From the human T2T-CHM13v2.0 reference genome, Homo sapiens, in assembly GCF_009914755.1 (NCBI RefSeq), contig NC_060938.1: a DNA stretch of 64,000 nt; one strand, written 5' to 3'. Of this stretch, positions 1 through 14,095 are shown piece after piece. Every line of letters begins with the position of its first letter. Positions within the stretch are counted from its first letter, which is position 1. The notes beneath the pieces were generated by a model that did not search any database, was not told the DNA's origin, and saw only the letters and a program-made list of their open reading frames with translations. Made by a program: the position numbers and the translations under genes.

Positions 1-1742
1 TAGTTCTTTTACATTAGAAGCCTCTCATCCTCTGAGACCAATTTCCTGAATTAAATTTCTGATTTTTAAAAAATACTCAGAGTTGTTTCTATTGTAATGC
101 TTGGATTACACTGGAACACTCATCAAATTCTCAACTTCTTTAGTTCTTAATTACTTAGACACAGCAATAAGTCAACTTGAACTGTTCCTCAAAGTAGAAA
201 TGAATTTGATGGTTATGAGATTAGTGACCGTAACAATTACTTAGACTTTTGTCCAGTATAAGTAGACTGTTTCTGCTATAAAAAAGAATAAATAGACTTT
301 GGAGAAGGGAATGTAAGAGATGGACAATTATGTTCAACCATGTTATAAAATACATAAAGAATTACTTAAGCAGGTCATAGGTATTTCTATGTGTGACTGA
401 CAAAGATTTATCTTAAGCATTAAGAAACGGTTGTAATTTTAGGCACTTAGATGGTCATCAAAAAAATTAGTTATATTGTGAACTGAATTTGAAAGGATTG
501 GTACAATTTTGAAGGAATTGGGGAAAATACTTTTTAAGTTGATATCACTGTTTTAAAAATGCATTCCGACTTTGCTAAGGAATGGAAATTTCTGTTGTTC
601 CTGCTACTTATTATATGCATGAAGCTAAATAAATGCACCAGACTATAAAATTTGAATGTGTTTGTCTTGTTTTATTAAGGTATATTATGTTTTAATGGGA
701 GTTGAGGAAGGAACAATGTGAGAATAGATTGTGATGGGGCTTTTATATTCTGCTTGGAAGTTTCATTTTATTCTGCGTGTGACAAGTCATTAAATGGTTT
801 TATATGTCAGAAACTAAATCAGTCACAAACTTTAGGGCCATAATCTGGGACCAGTGTGGAGCGTGAGAGGAGCAAGCACAGGGAGGTACTAGAATTACTT
901 TATATACTTAATTATTTTTAGTTGACACAAATTGATTCTAGTAAGTGAATTATTTAGGGCAGTGAGAATGGAAAGGAGCCCTATGAGTGATTTGTTTTAT
1001 AGAAAAGGGACACAATATATGTACCTTTGAAAGCACCTTGCTTTGTTATGGCCTTTGTTTCTCAGAACCCCTGTAAAATATTGCAATTCTATAATACATA
1101 CAAAAAAAGGCCAACATTAATCTGTCTCATTGTATTTGAATGGCATGTACATGTATACTTAAAATGATATATTCAGTTATGTATGCACTTATTTAAACTG
1201 CATTAACTTAAAATTGTGTTAATATGTGTTTGGTAATATTAAGTTGCTTAATGTCTTATGCTTAGTGGCAACTTGTATATGAACCTATATTTGTATCCCA
1301 AATACTTAAAGCAGGCCTAACAGAACTTGTAAACTATGTTATAGTTTAAATAACTGTAAATTATAAATAATTGAACATAATTTCTTTTCAATATTTTATA
1401 TTTTTAAACATTTCAAAAACCTTTACTTTTTATGAATTAATGAAGCTATTGCTGTAGAATTTATTACATTTTTCTCATTAATCAAGACTCATTCTGGCCT
1501 GCTATGATGATGCGGCTTGCTTGATTGAATATTATATTCTCTGTGGTTTCTCCACTCACAGGTCAATTAACTACTTTGCTTCAAATCCTCTGTCTGGAAA
1601 ATGGCCCTCTTATTGCTTGTAATTCAGCTTTCTCACAGGAGTGCTGTGAAGTATAATGAAGAAGGAAGTAGAACTGACAAATTGAAATTGAATGAAACTG
1701 AGGATTTCAAAATTTATGATTTGCACCTGGTCCTGCTAGTTA

Positions 1743-1800
1743 AGACACATTTTAAATTAAATAACTTTTCTAGACACATTATAAATTAAATAACTTTTCT
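1743..1800. repeat. 29-bp tandem duplication (2 copies, 1 mismatch)
   Basis: agacacattttaaattaaataacttttct (1743-1771) followed by agacacattataaattaaataacttttct (1772-1800). Confidence 0.9.
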
Positions 1801-2364
1801 TAGACCTAAATTGTCCTAGCATAAAATAGTGGAAGAAACTGTACTGTTATTTGTTGGAAAGACTTAGGTGCAATACTACCATCTGTGAGAGAAAGGGAAA
1901 AAGAAGATCAATAACAGAAATAAAAATAAAGAATACTTAAATTGAGATATTGAAAAAAAGAAAATATTGAAAAGAAAAAGTATAAAAGAAGTGAGGAGGA
2001 AAAGTTGAGAAAAAAAAATCAGCAAAATCTGTACTCCAGAGCCTGGGACTCATTTTTCTGAAGAAGCTATAGGCACATAATATAGCAGTGAACTTGAAGC
2101 TAAGTGGTAACATATGGAAAGAGCTGGAAGTGTGAATATTTCAGTGTCTGAAAAGGTAGAAAACATAGAATGGGCGGAAAGCTAATCTGCCTAGTAACAG
2201 TATGGTTTACTTGCTGATTCTCTTCTAACCAAAGACATAAAAAAGACAATGCAGTGAGGAAAAAAATACAAACACAGGAAAACCAGATAAATCATCAGAA
2301 CAACTAAAGGCAACTCAGAGGAAATGGCTGTGCTGGATTCTTGAATGTCTTGAAGGGCGTTAAG

Positions 2365-3280
2365 AATACTTTCAACATTTCTAGTAATCAGAGAAATGCA
2401 AATCTAAACCACAATGAGATATATCTCACATCTGTTAGAATAGCTATTTTCGAAAAGGTGAATGATAACAAGTTGGCAAGGACTTGGAGTAAAGAGAAAC
2501 CTTATTAACTGTTGACAGAACTGTAAATTGGCAGAGGCATTTCAAAAAATAGTATGGAGGCTCTTCAATAAAACTAAAAATAGAATTGCCATATGTTTCA
2601 TCAACCCCCTCTGAGTATATATCCCAAAAAATTGAACATGGTCTGTGTAGAATAAATATCTGTACTCTCATGTTTATCTCAGCATTATTTGCAATAGCCA
2701 AAATATGGAAGCAACCTAAATACTCATGAACAGATAACTAGATAAAGAATATGTGATATGTATACACAATGGCATACTGTACAGCATTAAAAAATAAGAA
2801 AATTCTGTCATTCATGACGACGTGGATCTGAAGAGCATTATGATAAGTGAAATAAGCCACCCACAGAAAGACAAATATTGTATGATCACAATTACATGTG
2901 GACTCTAAAAAAGCAGATCTCATAAAAACAGAGTAGAAAAGTAGTTACCACAGTCTGGGGCCAGGGCCGGGACAGGGGATGTGAAAAATGTAGAAAGAAA
3001 TGTTGATCAAAGAGTATAAAATTTCAACTAGACTGGAGGGTAAGTTATAGTGATCTGTTGCAGTTCACCTTGACCAGTTAGTAAAAATGTATTCTATATT
3101 TCAAAATTGCTAAGAAAATAGATTTTTAATGTCTTCACCACAAAAAAATGATACATTGGTGATGTGACAAATATGTTTATTAACTTGAATAAATCTGTCT
3201 ATATTGTATACATAGATGAAAACATCACATTGTACCCTAGAAATAAACATAATTATTTGTCAATTAAAAATAAATTATTA
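2365..3280 (+). mobile_element. L1MA4-like LINE-1 3' end (ORF2 C-terminus plus 3' UTR), 5'-truncated
   Basis: atcagagaaatgcaaatctaaaccacaatgaga (ORF2 end); L1MA-type 3' UTR ending acatcacattgtaccc...tatttgtcaattaaaaataaa. Confidence 0.85.
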
Positions 3281-3970
3281 ATAAAGATGCCTTTGATAGG
3301 TGTTAGGGTATGAAAGAGCACACTGAAAATTGCAAAAATGTATTCACATGTTTAAAAGAAGCATTAGAAGGAATGCAATTCAATCAACAAATATGGGATT
3401 TCTTTTTCTTTCAGTGACTATCTGCGTTGGTGTTAATATTATTAAGCAGGGTAGGAGTAAAGTGTCTTCACCTATTTAAAATTTTGTTGTTATTGCAGAT
3501 GACAGCTTCTTACTTAGAGGAATCGACTTCATTGCTATTCATGATATTTCCAGTATGATTATAGAAATATGAAATAAGGCTGAATATAATAAGGATGTTT
3601 ATAATAACTTATTAATCACTCTCTACTCTGGAGTAAAGAAAAGCTATCACAGTATATTTAGTGACATGACAGCAGCGATAAATATACAGAGTGAAGAGTC
3701 AAGTGAATATGCCTCATCCATAAGCACCGACCTTTGGTGAAAGGGGCTACCAAAGAGATTTCTACATCAGCATATTTATTGCATTGAAAATGGATCAGAA
3801 GACTGATGAATGACCAAAAAAGCTTGCTCTGATCCATTTCAAAAGTCAGAGATTTGTATTAGACTTGATCAAAAAGCATTACTCAAATATGAGTCACTAT
3901 GAAGATTGCTTTATTTAAAAAAATCCATATATCATTCCTTAAAATGCTCCAGGATTGATTTCTGATAAGT

Positions 3971-3989
3971 GGGGGGGGGGGGGGGGGGG
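3971..3989 (+). repeat. G19 homopolymer
   Basis: 19 consecutive G. Confidence 0.95.
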
Positions 3990-4115
3990 ATTAAATGCAA
4001 TTTAATATCATTATGTACTAATATCACTAGTACAGTGATTTTAAACCAATATGCTTATTAGAATTGTATTTGACAACTCTTCAGTCAAGTGCAATAATTG
4101 TCATTAACTTACACT

Positions 4116-4395
4116 CTTTTTTTTTTTTTTTTTTTTTTTTGAGACAGAGTCTCGCTCTTTCACCCAGGCTGGAGTGCAGTGGCGCCCTCCCAGGTTCATG
4201 CCATTCTCCTGCCTCAGCTCCCCGAGTAGCTGGGACTATAGGCGCCCGCCACCACGCACGGCTAATTTTTTTTTTTGTATTTTTATTAGAGACAGGGTTT
4301 CACCGTGTTAGCCAGGATGGTCTCGATCTCCTGACCTTGTGATCCGCCAGCCTTGGCCTCCCAAAGTGCTGGGATTACAGGCGTGAGCCACCGCA
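4116..4395 (-). mobile_element. AluY-like SINE with an internal deletion of about 30 bp and a slightly clipped 5' end
   Basis: poly-T 4116-4140, gagacagagtctcgctc; Y-type ccattctcc and gtgttagccaggatggtctcgatctcc; gatctcggctcactgcaagct block missing; cactctt on both flanks. Confidence 0.9.
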
Positions 4396-4464
4396 CTCTT
4401 ACCTTCCATTATTCCAAGTGTTTCCTCTTTTCATGATTCCTCCTGCCTGACTCTTAACTCCTAG

Positions 4465-4796
<332 letters not shown>

Positions 4797-5512
4797 ATAA
4801 AGACACTTCTTAAATGGGTGATGGTTGATTAGTAGAAAAATGACTCTGCATGACTTGTCCAGGGCATTTCTTTGCTTCTCCAACTGCTGATGTCATTACC
4901 TACTCTGTGTCCATGTTGATGACACTGGCTACAGTACCAGCAGTGCTTTGGGGTAGAATGAAAATGTCTTTGCTTTTCATCTAATTCAACAGGTGAACTC
5001 TGTAGCTGGGAGCATCTTTGTGGAATAAATATGTTTTCAGCATTCACTTTTACACACATCCTGTGCTGGAGGATCTCCTAAAGGCACCTGTGTTTTTCTT
5101 AAGCTATGGGCATAAATAAATATTCCGTCTCCTTCTGGATATATTAATATTTAATGCTGTCTTCCCAAATGCCTAGCAAGCCCCACAACTGCTCCTCAGC
5201 TAATGTTTTGTTTCCTTGTATATAAACATCAGGAATTGTTTCACTTTCTCTCACTCTTTAAGCCATGAAGCACCAAAATAGTGGTGTCCCTTCAAGCTTA
5301 TCAAACCTCTTATGTTCTGAATTCTCCTGATGGAAAATGAGCAAGCCCCTATCCATATGGCCAGGTATTGCTCCTGAATTCCCGGACTACTTCTGTTAGT
5401 CATTATTCTTCTCACCAGACATATGAACACATTCAAGGAGGAAAAAAATATATATAAATAACCAAAAACAAAACAAAACAAAACTCTCTAATATCCAGAA
5501 TCTAATATCCAT

Positions 5513-6053
5513 TGTGGTAGATAATCTCAAAGTAACCTCCCTAATCTCTACCTCCTGGTGTTCATACATTTTTGTGAGATCCCTCTTCTTGGCTGTTGAT
5601 AGGACCCATGAATTGCCTCTAATCTATAGGATATGGCAAAGGTGAGGGGGTACAGTAGTGATGTATACCTGATGACAGTACATAAAATTGTAACCCATCT
5701 TGTGAGGAGACTCTTTCTTCCTCACTAGATTTGAAGAAGCAAACTGGGCTATTGTCAGCATCTGTGTGGAGAGGTTCAGATGACAAGGAACTGAGGACTG
5801 CCTCTGATCAACAGCCCGGAAGAAAGAGATATCTTTTCTCAGCAAGTAGCAGTTCTTTTCTACAGTCAAGCCTCAGGTAAGAATCCAGCTTTGGCTGACA
5901 CCTTAACTGCAGTTTTGTGAGATCCTGAAGCAAAGAACCAAGGTAAGCCTGAGCTGAAATCCCAACCCACAGAAACTCAAGATAACACATATGGCTCATT
6001 TTAAGCACCCAAAGTGTGATAACATTGTTAAGAAGCATTAGATAATTAATGCA
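5513..6053 (+). mobile_element. MLT1-family (MLT1E/F-like) MaLR solo LTR
   Basis: tgtggtagataatctc start; ggatatggcaaaggtg; cccaacccacagaaact..gataa; ends tagataattaatgca. Confidence 0.75.
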
Positions 6054-7699
6054 CTGACAAAAGATTAATCTCTCTTCTCTAGCAAGTTTTTATTTTTATT
6101 TTAGAAAAAGTAGCCCTAATTGCATTAAGCTAGTTCATCCCAAATGACAAGCTCATCCTTGAGCCTTGCCAAGATTGCTGGAGATGGGTATGAAAGAAAA
6201 GTGAAAATGGGAATAGTCTTGAGGGATGATAAGATATAAAGGTGACTATGTTGCAGTTATGGATAAAAAAAAGAACGTTTCCATTTGAACCACTGATAGC
6301 AGAGAAGCCATGGGGGAAAAAAGAGAAAATCAAATGAAAAAAAAAAGTTTATTAACAGTGAAAGAGTTGGTGAAAAAAATTGTAAAAATAATTGTATAAT
6401 GTAAAAATGATGTCTTTAGTTGGTCCACAAAAATAAATTATAAAAGAAAGAGCAAGCAAGTGGGAAACCACAGAACTTCAAATGTTTTGTTAATGGAGTT
6501 AAGAGAAACAGAGGTTAGCTTGATGTTACTAGAGAAAATTTAAGGTCAGAGATAATCAGTTTTAATAAGAAATAAGATTCCTAAACCTAGCTATGCATTC
6601 AATGAAGGACTGTTTTTTTCAAAAGTTTGCTCCTACGGGAAAACAAACCAGATTCAAGGGGCATGTCAAAACCAACCCCAAAATTGGCAAACACTATTAA
6701 ATGTGTTTTCCTTAATTCAATCAGTGAAAATGGATGAGGCAGAAAATTGAAGTATGGATTGTTTTGTTGACATGATATAGCTCCCTCCTCCTATGTTATG
6801 ACACTCACATTTTCAGAAGCAATAATAAGTCCCCAGGAAATACAGTAAATTTTAAGAGGTTTCCAAGAAAGAGGGAACTCATCATTAAATTTAATAAAAG
6901 CTTATCTAACAGTTTATGTTCACCTTTGGCAAGTGTTTTTAATGCGATTATATTTTAGAGGAGGGAAAAATCACAATGTAGGTAGAAATGTTTCACAACT
7001 CTAAATTCCAACACACAAATGCAAGATATTATTTTAACAGGAAGGAGAAAAGGTACAAGATTTGCAGCACTTTTTAACAATTAAATTCAAGCTACCAGAT
7101 ATTTGTAGGGGTTTACTGAAGTTTTGACTTATTTTTCTGACCAAGTGATACACTGGACCTCATATTACAAGAAAGAAAATGTATCCCAGAATTTTTCGTT
7201 CCTTATAAGAAACAATGGCACTCACAGAAAAGAAATAGCATACTTATGTCTGAATTCAGAGAGACAGCCCAATAATATATCTGGAATTCTTTTGTATAAA
7301 ATGTCAGGTTATAGCTTATGATCAAACGTGGTGTTCAACTAGATGTCAACAAACAGAATATAAAAGGAAAAATACATTAATACATACATGTATTTATGAA
7401 TTGCATAAAGATTGTGATCCTGCATTTAACCCCAAACATGTAGCATTAATAAAGGAAAGGAAAGTAGTATGTTGAATCCAGTTTTAGCCTACAAAGATAT
7501 GCTTTTTGAAGGTGGTAATAGTGAAGAAAATGCATTATGACTTAGAAATTTTCAATATATCCACGGTAAGAGAGAGTAGATGCCAAGGAAAAACAGATCA
7601 TGAAGGAACTGAAATGCAATTATCCTCCATTGCTGCATTTTTGAAAAGTATATGGAAGCCCCAAAGATAACAGAAAAAAATCTTATTAATTTTCTTTGT

Positions 7700-8200
7700 A
7701 AGTAGAATGTAGAGGAAATGATGCTTGAACTAGAATTGGAAGATAAATAAAATCCATCAGGTAGATAAAAGAGGGAAAGGCATCTAGAAAGAGAAATAAC
7801 ATATGTAAAGGCACATGAATGGAAATTTAGGTAGTTTATTGTTGCTGATTTTTGTCTGCTAATGGGAGGCAGAAAACAAAATGATGTAGTTTGGAGACCA
7901 AGAGAGAAAACAAATTATAAAATGATCTGAGAGATAGTTAAGTATCAAGGGAACTTGGTGCCTAATTAAATATGGGGGTGAGAAAGAGAATTGAATAGAG
8001 GATACCTAAGCTTTTAGATAGGGACAACTTGTTGATAATGGTGTCACCAGCAGAGACAGCAAATACAAGAAAGATCAGATTTGTTGTGTTGATTGATGGA
8101 ACAAAAAGGACAGTATAACAAAAGCACTTTTTGAATACTTGTGTTTGGAGCAAAGATGTGGAGATGTCAATAGAGCCATTTGTACTTGAAGTCTAAAATT
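7700..8200 (-). mobile_element. Degraded L2 fragment
   Basis: gaggaaatgatgcttgaactag...ggcatctagaaagagaaataacatatgtaaaggc matches the antisense L2 3' region. Confidence 0.5.
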
Positions 8201-8231
8201 AATTTACAAAGTGGGAGATTTACTATTTGTT

Positions 8232-8885
8232 GATGTGGAGAAATGGAATGCTTTTACAATGTAGGTGGGAGTGTAAATTAGTTCAAACATTATGGAAGAC
8301 AGTGTGGCGACTCTTCAAGGATCTACAACCAGAAATACCATTTGACTCAGCGATCCCATTACTGGGTATATACCCAAAGGATTATAAAACATGCTGCTAT
8401 AAAGACACATGCACACGTATGTTTATTGCAGCACTATTCACAATAGCAAAGACTCAGAACCAACCCAAATGTCCAACAATGATAGACTGGATTAAGAAAA
8501 TGTGGCACATATACACCATGGAATACTATGCAGCCATAAAAAAGGATGAGTTCATGTCCTTTGCAGGGACATGGATGAAGGTGGAAATCATCGTTCTCAG
8601 CAAACTGACACAGGAGCAGAAAATCAAACACCACATGGTCTCACTAATAAGTGGGAGTTGAACAATGAGAAAACATGGACACAGAGAGGGATACATCACA
8701 CACCAGGGCCTGTCAGGGGGTAGGGGACTAGGGGAGGGATAGCATTAGGAGAAATACCTAATGTAAATAACCGGTTGATGGGTACAGCAAATCATCATGG
8801 CAAGTGTATACCTACGTAACAAACCTGCACGTTCTGCACATGTCTCCCAGAACTTAAAGTACAATAAAAAAAAAATAAAAATAAA
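8232..8885 (+). mobile_element. L1PA6/7-like 3' end with poly-A tail
   Basis: ORF 8227-8661 is the ORF2 C-terminus (LWKTVWR...[11 protein letters not shown]); L1PA 3' UTR and A-rich tail. Confidence 0.92.
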
Positions 8886-8889
8886 GTTC

Positions 8890-9260
8890 ATTATCTTCAT
8901 ACAGAAAAGTGCATCAGTTGTAACTATTTAGCTCAATGAATTATCCTAAAAATGTGAACAGAATTGTAACCTCTAGCCAGGTTGGAAAATAGAATGAAAA
9001 CATGCCATGCTACTCTAAAGCACTACCCACTCCACCTCAAAATTTAACACAATGTACATTTTAATATCATATATTTGATTTACCTTGTTTTGAACTTTAT
9101 ATAATAAAATCATAAAGCATATTCTTGAATAAAAATTTGGCTTTTTTTCATCCTTATAACTCTTTCCTCTGTTAAGGTCATTCTCTCTACCCACCTTACC
9201 ATGTAAAGACACTATTTTCAGAGTTTCACTTATGTAAATATATTTTTCCTTAGGACAATC
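8890..9260 (-). mobile_element. Old L1ME-type 3' UTR fragment
   Basis: catacagaaaagtgca...gctcaatgaatt; ttttgaactttatataa..aatcata. Confidence 0.5.
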
Positions 9261-9849
9261 CATTAAGCAGACATTCTATCACATATATTAAATAATATGC
9301 ATTATTATGATATTATATCTATTATATTTCAATTATGTGATGCAAATCATTACAATATGTCATTCCTACTATTATATTATTGTTCCCATTATACATAAGA
9401 AATATGAGCCTCTGAAAGTTGAAATGACTTGTTCATCAACCAACTAAAAAGTTGTATAGCCAGAATCTGGTATTTTAGATGACTTAAAAGTTTATATTGG
9501 CTAAATATTAACACAACCTATATTAAAAAAAGTTAATCTGTTCTTTACAGTACAACAAAATAATTTTTTATTAAACCCTTAATTTCCAAATTAGTCAATT
9601 TGGAAAGTTAAATTTGAAAAGTTAAATACTGAATGGTAAAGAGTTTTCTCTATTGAGAATTAAACATCTTTTCTCTTTGCTTAAATGATAGGTATTCACT
9701 AAATAAAAATGAGTAATTGAGCTTGAAGTTTACTTACAATTGCAAAGGACTTTATAGATGATATCATTTTGGTTTCTCTTTAAAGCCTATATAACATGAC
9801 ACCTTAGTTCATTTACCTGAAAACTAGAAAGCATAGTCACTGGAAAAGT

Positions 9850-9995
9850 AGCATTTGCATCAACTGGGAAATTTTTATAAATGCATATTCTCAAGCTGCA
9901 TCCAGATTAATTGAATCTGAAACTATGGAACTGGGGCTCATAATCTGGGTTTCAACAAGTTTATCCTTATGCATGCTAACTTTGAGAACTACTGA
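9850..9995. mobile_element. MER5A-like hAT-Charlie MITE
   Basis: gcatcaactgggaa...aaatgcatattctc...gaatctgaaact...tttgagaactactg. Confidence 0.75.
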
Positions 9996-10929
9996 ATCAA
10001 AATATTGTCTGCTGTAACGCTTACATGAAGCTGAACTAAAAAGAACTAATTTTACTCATGGCACTAACCCTACAATAGTTGCTTTGTTAATATTTGCTAA
10101 TGGCCAAGTGATAAAAGTATTTTTAGGGATATTGATATAGTGTTGTGTAAGAACAGAATATGAAAAAGGCATATAAAATATGAATGGTTTCGTTTAAGTT
10201 TCAATTGGTAAAAGAGGTAGACTGAAAATTCTATTTCAGGATCCTGAATCAATGGAAAGCATTTACATTGGCACTTTTATGAGTTGCTGGAATTAAACTT
10301 GATGAAGAAGAAAATAGCTAAGGGTAGATATGTGTAACAGGATCTCATAAAGTTATTTCTTTCAGAGAAAATTGCATTTAAATAATTTTTAAATGAAGGA
10401 AAAAATATTTCTTGAAAAAATTGCTTAACGATTATTAAAAGTAACCATTTTAGAGGAGATTACAAAGAACTATTTTTGTGTCATGCAAAATGAAGAAAAT
10501 CGGCATATAAAATATTTCAGGTTTTTTTTGCTTATAATTCAGCTTTTAAAATCTGTTGCTTTCCATTGTATTGTCTTGTGTAAGAGCAAAACTGAACTAA
10601 ACTTAGTTAAGAATTACTGTGGGTACTAGATAGGAGTCTTAAAAATGTAAATTAGTTTATTTCAGAAAGCATTCCATATTCTCAAATATTCAATACAGTA
10701 GTTTTGACTTGCATATCACTGTGATAGCTAGGCAGTACAAGTCAATTTAGAGATTTGGAAAGAACAACACCCTTCAGACATTACTTACAAATCTTAAAAC
10801 CTGAATACTAGCCTTTTCTGAGCTATAATAATTTTAATTATTAAACAGGATTTTCAGAGATGTATAATGAAGTCTTTCATCATATTTGAATTTATATATG
10901 TGAACAAGTAAAAAAAACCTAAGTGGCCA

Positions 10930-11240
10930 AAAATGAGTTGGTTAAATAATTGTAGCATACCAATATAACAGAGTGCTATAAAACTAGTATAAAATCATGC
11001 TGAAATATTATCTATAGTAATGAGAAAATGTCAATATATTGTTAAGATAAAAAAGATAAATAGTATCATACCATTATATAAAAAATGCATTCCAAGCTTG
11101 AGGAAAATGTATTTCAAGACTTTTAACATTGCTTATTTCTGGTTGGTAAGATTACAGCCACTAAGACATGAAAACTATTTGCTTTTCTGTGCTTTCTAAT
11201 TTTTCTACCATTCATGTACCAGTTCGATAACTAGAACAAA
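10930..11240 (+). mobile_element. Ancient L1MC/L1ME 3' fragment
   Basis: tggttaaataattgtagcat...; ttaacattgcttatttctggttggtaagattacag. Confidence 0.45.
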
Positions 11241-13840
11241 AAGTAATCAAAATCTTTCTTTAAATACTAAGTTTAAATTCTAAATTGTTGAAATAGTTCA
11301 AAAAATTATTGAAAGTGATTTGGAGAAATAACTGATATTATTCATGTTAAATAATAGCTATTTTTATTTGGTTAGGATAAAGTTTGGAGCAAATAGTTGG
11401 AAATGATTGACTAAAAAATGCCCATAATTCTCTGTTTAGTCGTAATGTGTGAACTAATGCAGAAATATTGTAGTCATACACTAAATAAGTGATTGAGCTG
11501 GTTACTAATTTTCAATAAGATAAATAACAAGTTTGGATAAATGTTTAGGTTTTATAGTTTGTCCTTCTTTGCCCTTGACACTGTATGTGTGGTCCTGCCA
11601 GCTACCTACAGGAGTCCAACATGATGTGGGTGATGTGCACTATAACCAGTTTATTAAACTAGATTAACTAGATAGGGTACAGGAATAAAGCAATTGATTA
11701 TTTTTCTCTAATTGCTATCAGCCCTTGTCCCTTGTCAAAACATTATTCATATTATTCTTAATTATTTAAAAGTCTAGTCCAATATAATGACCACATAACT
11801 CCAAGCTGTTTTATAACTGACACACTTTCCCAATTCAGGTTTACCTTAAATCTGAAAAACCTGCAGTGGGAAAGGTGACGATGGTTCACATTTTCCTCCA
11901 CTTACTATGGCTGTTCGAGGTCCCTTGAGAGTTTGAGCTCTACCAGAGAGAGGCAGTAAAAAGAAAGCCAGGACATTTGTGACCTTAACTTCTTGTTAGT
12001 ACGTTTTTCGATGCTGTAATTATATATGATCTTTGGCTTATTCTCTCTTGGGGTTGCTTAGAAACTGTCTTACTCCATTGAACTTTTATCATTATAAGTT
12101 CACTTCACATAGTGATAAATTCTCAGCCTTTTATTTATAACTTCCTTTTTGCCCCTTGGTTTCCAATGACTCATCTATCTCATGGGGTTACCTTGCCCAT
12201 CCAGTCAGGTATTCTTGTAATACCTTTCCATAAAGAACCCAGTTCAGCCTTCTTCTGTGGATTCACATATTAGCTATGAAAAACTAGCCCATCATCTTTC
12301 TCCAAATTTTGGAAAGCAGGCACTTTGCAAAACAGACTTCTTTCTTTTCCCTGACATAAGGCAAGGGAGCTCCACTCAGGTTCCTTTGGCTGTAGGCTTC
12401 CCCAGGTCAGAGTCTTAGGCCAGTCCTTTATATTTGAAAAATATTCGGGCTAATTATAAGATTTTTTACCAACAAAAATATTTTTTTCTTTATCTTCTGG
12501 CATTTAACATTAGATCTTTTTTGTTTGTTCGTATTTCCTATCTTCCTATCTTTCTATGTTGCATTATGCTTAATATATTCCAATCTATTTTCAAGTTTAT
12601 AAACTTTCTCTTTGGCTCTGCCTATTTTGCTATATGTTTTCAATAATATTGCTAGTATTTTTTATTTCTAAAAAATTCTAAAAATCTGCCTTGTCATGCT
12701 TAATAACATCTTGCTCCTTGGTCAACTTTTAATGCCATTTTATTTATCCGGATAATCCATATGTGGCAATTTACCTTATTTGTAATTCTAATACTTGATG
12801 TTTCTGAAGGACAATTTTATTTTTTTTCTGTTGAATCTTGCTCCTTTTTGTGTTTGTATTTTGTTTGTATTGGTTTTTGTTGCTTTTGTTTTATGTTTAG
12901 CTGATACTTAACTAAATTCAAACTGATGAAACTACTTGTGTTTTGTTTCTAGAGATAATTTGTATTTTCTGCTGCATCTGGAGGTGTTACCACCTTTAAT
13001 TTACTTATTTGACCTAAGAATTTTCTAGAATCTCTGCCCAGAAATCAGAAATCAGAAATGACTCTTATATATGTTGTTTTGAGCTACATTCGCCACAGAC
13101 ATAACTAATAATAAGGGAGACTTTTAAGTTGAGCATTGTTTCTGGCTATGTCTCCCAAAGAAAATCAAGCTCAATCTTAGAAAGACAAGACAGAATGAAT
13201 AAATAGGAGGAGGCAATTACCAGTCACAAAATGACCTATTTGAGAATGGCATTGTTTCAATACTCAGACTGTCAGTTAGCTGCATGAAAATTTCAGGTAA
13301 AACTCAGTGGAAGGTTCTAAAATATTTGCTAAACTTCTTGATTTAGGCACATAACATTTTTAGCATAAGATAATCATCTATTATTTTTGAAAACTATAGT
13401 AGAGACATTCTAGTTTAACTTTTGAAAGCTGATTTTAATTTCATTCGCTTTCTCTTAAGTCAGTAAAATGTCGAAATATGTCAAAAACATTATTTGTAAT
13501 AAAATAGTGTACTTTTGGTACATAAACATTAAACATTTTTTTATTATCTGTGATTTTCAGAGAGAGTTCTAGTGTCATAACAAATATTTCTACTGATGAC
13601 AGTTTTGAGAAAATATTTCAGCCTCTAGCATTTTTATATTGACTCCAGGAACTTTAACTAAAACATTGAATAAAGAGATTGAAAAGGCAAGTTTATTGAT
13701 TAAAATGAATTTATGTATATTGTGTTGCATGGTAAATAACTATACACTAAAAAGATTTATGAAATTCAGACATTACTAATCAATATAGGTAGTAATGTGG
13801 CCTCCAATTCTTTGCCTCAAGAACTATATATATTTTTAAT

Positions 13841-14095
13841 TTATTATTATTATTATTTAGAGACAGAGTATGGCGCTATTGCTCAGGCTGGAGTGCAGTG
13901 GCATGCCATAGCTCACTGCAACTTCCTAGGCCCAAATGATTCTCTTGCCTTAGCCTCCAGAGTAGCTAGAACTACAGTTACATGCCACCACGTCTGGCTA
14001 TCTTTATTTTTTTATTTTCCTGTAGAGACAAGATCTCACTATGTTGCCTAAGCTGGCCTCTATCTCCTGGCTTCAAGCAGTCCTTCCACTCAACC
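13841..14095 (-). mobile_element. AluJ-type SINE, diverged and 5'-truncated
   Basis: (tta)n tail, gagacagag...caggctggagtgcagtggc...atagctcactgca; tctcactatgttgcc. Confidence 0.85.

Noticed and set aside
11580-12430. LTR-like stretch (a similar one lies at 48480-48930)
   Set aside because: Probably old LTR remnants, but I cannot fix termini or family, so they are not listed as features.
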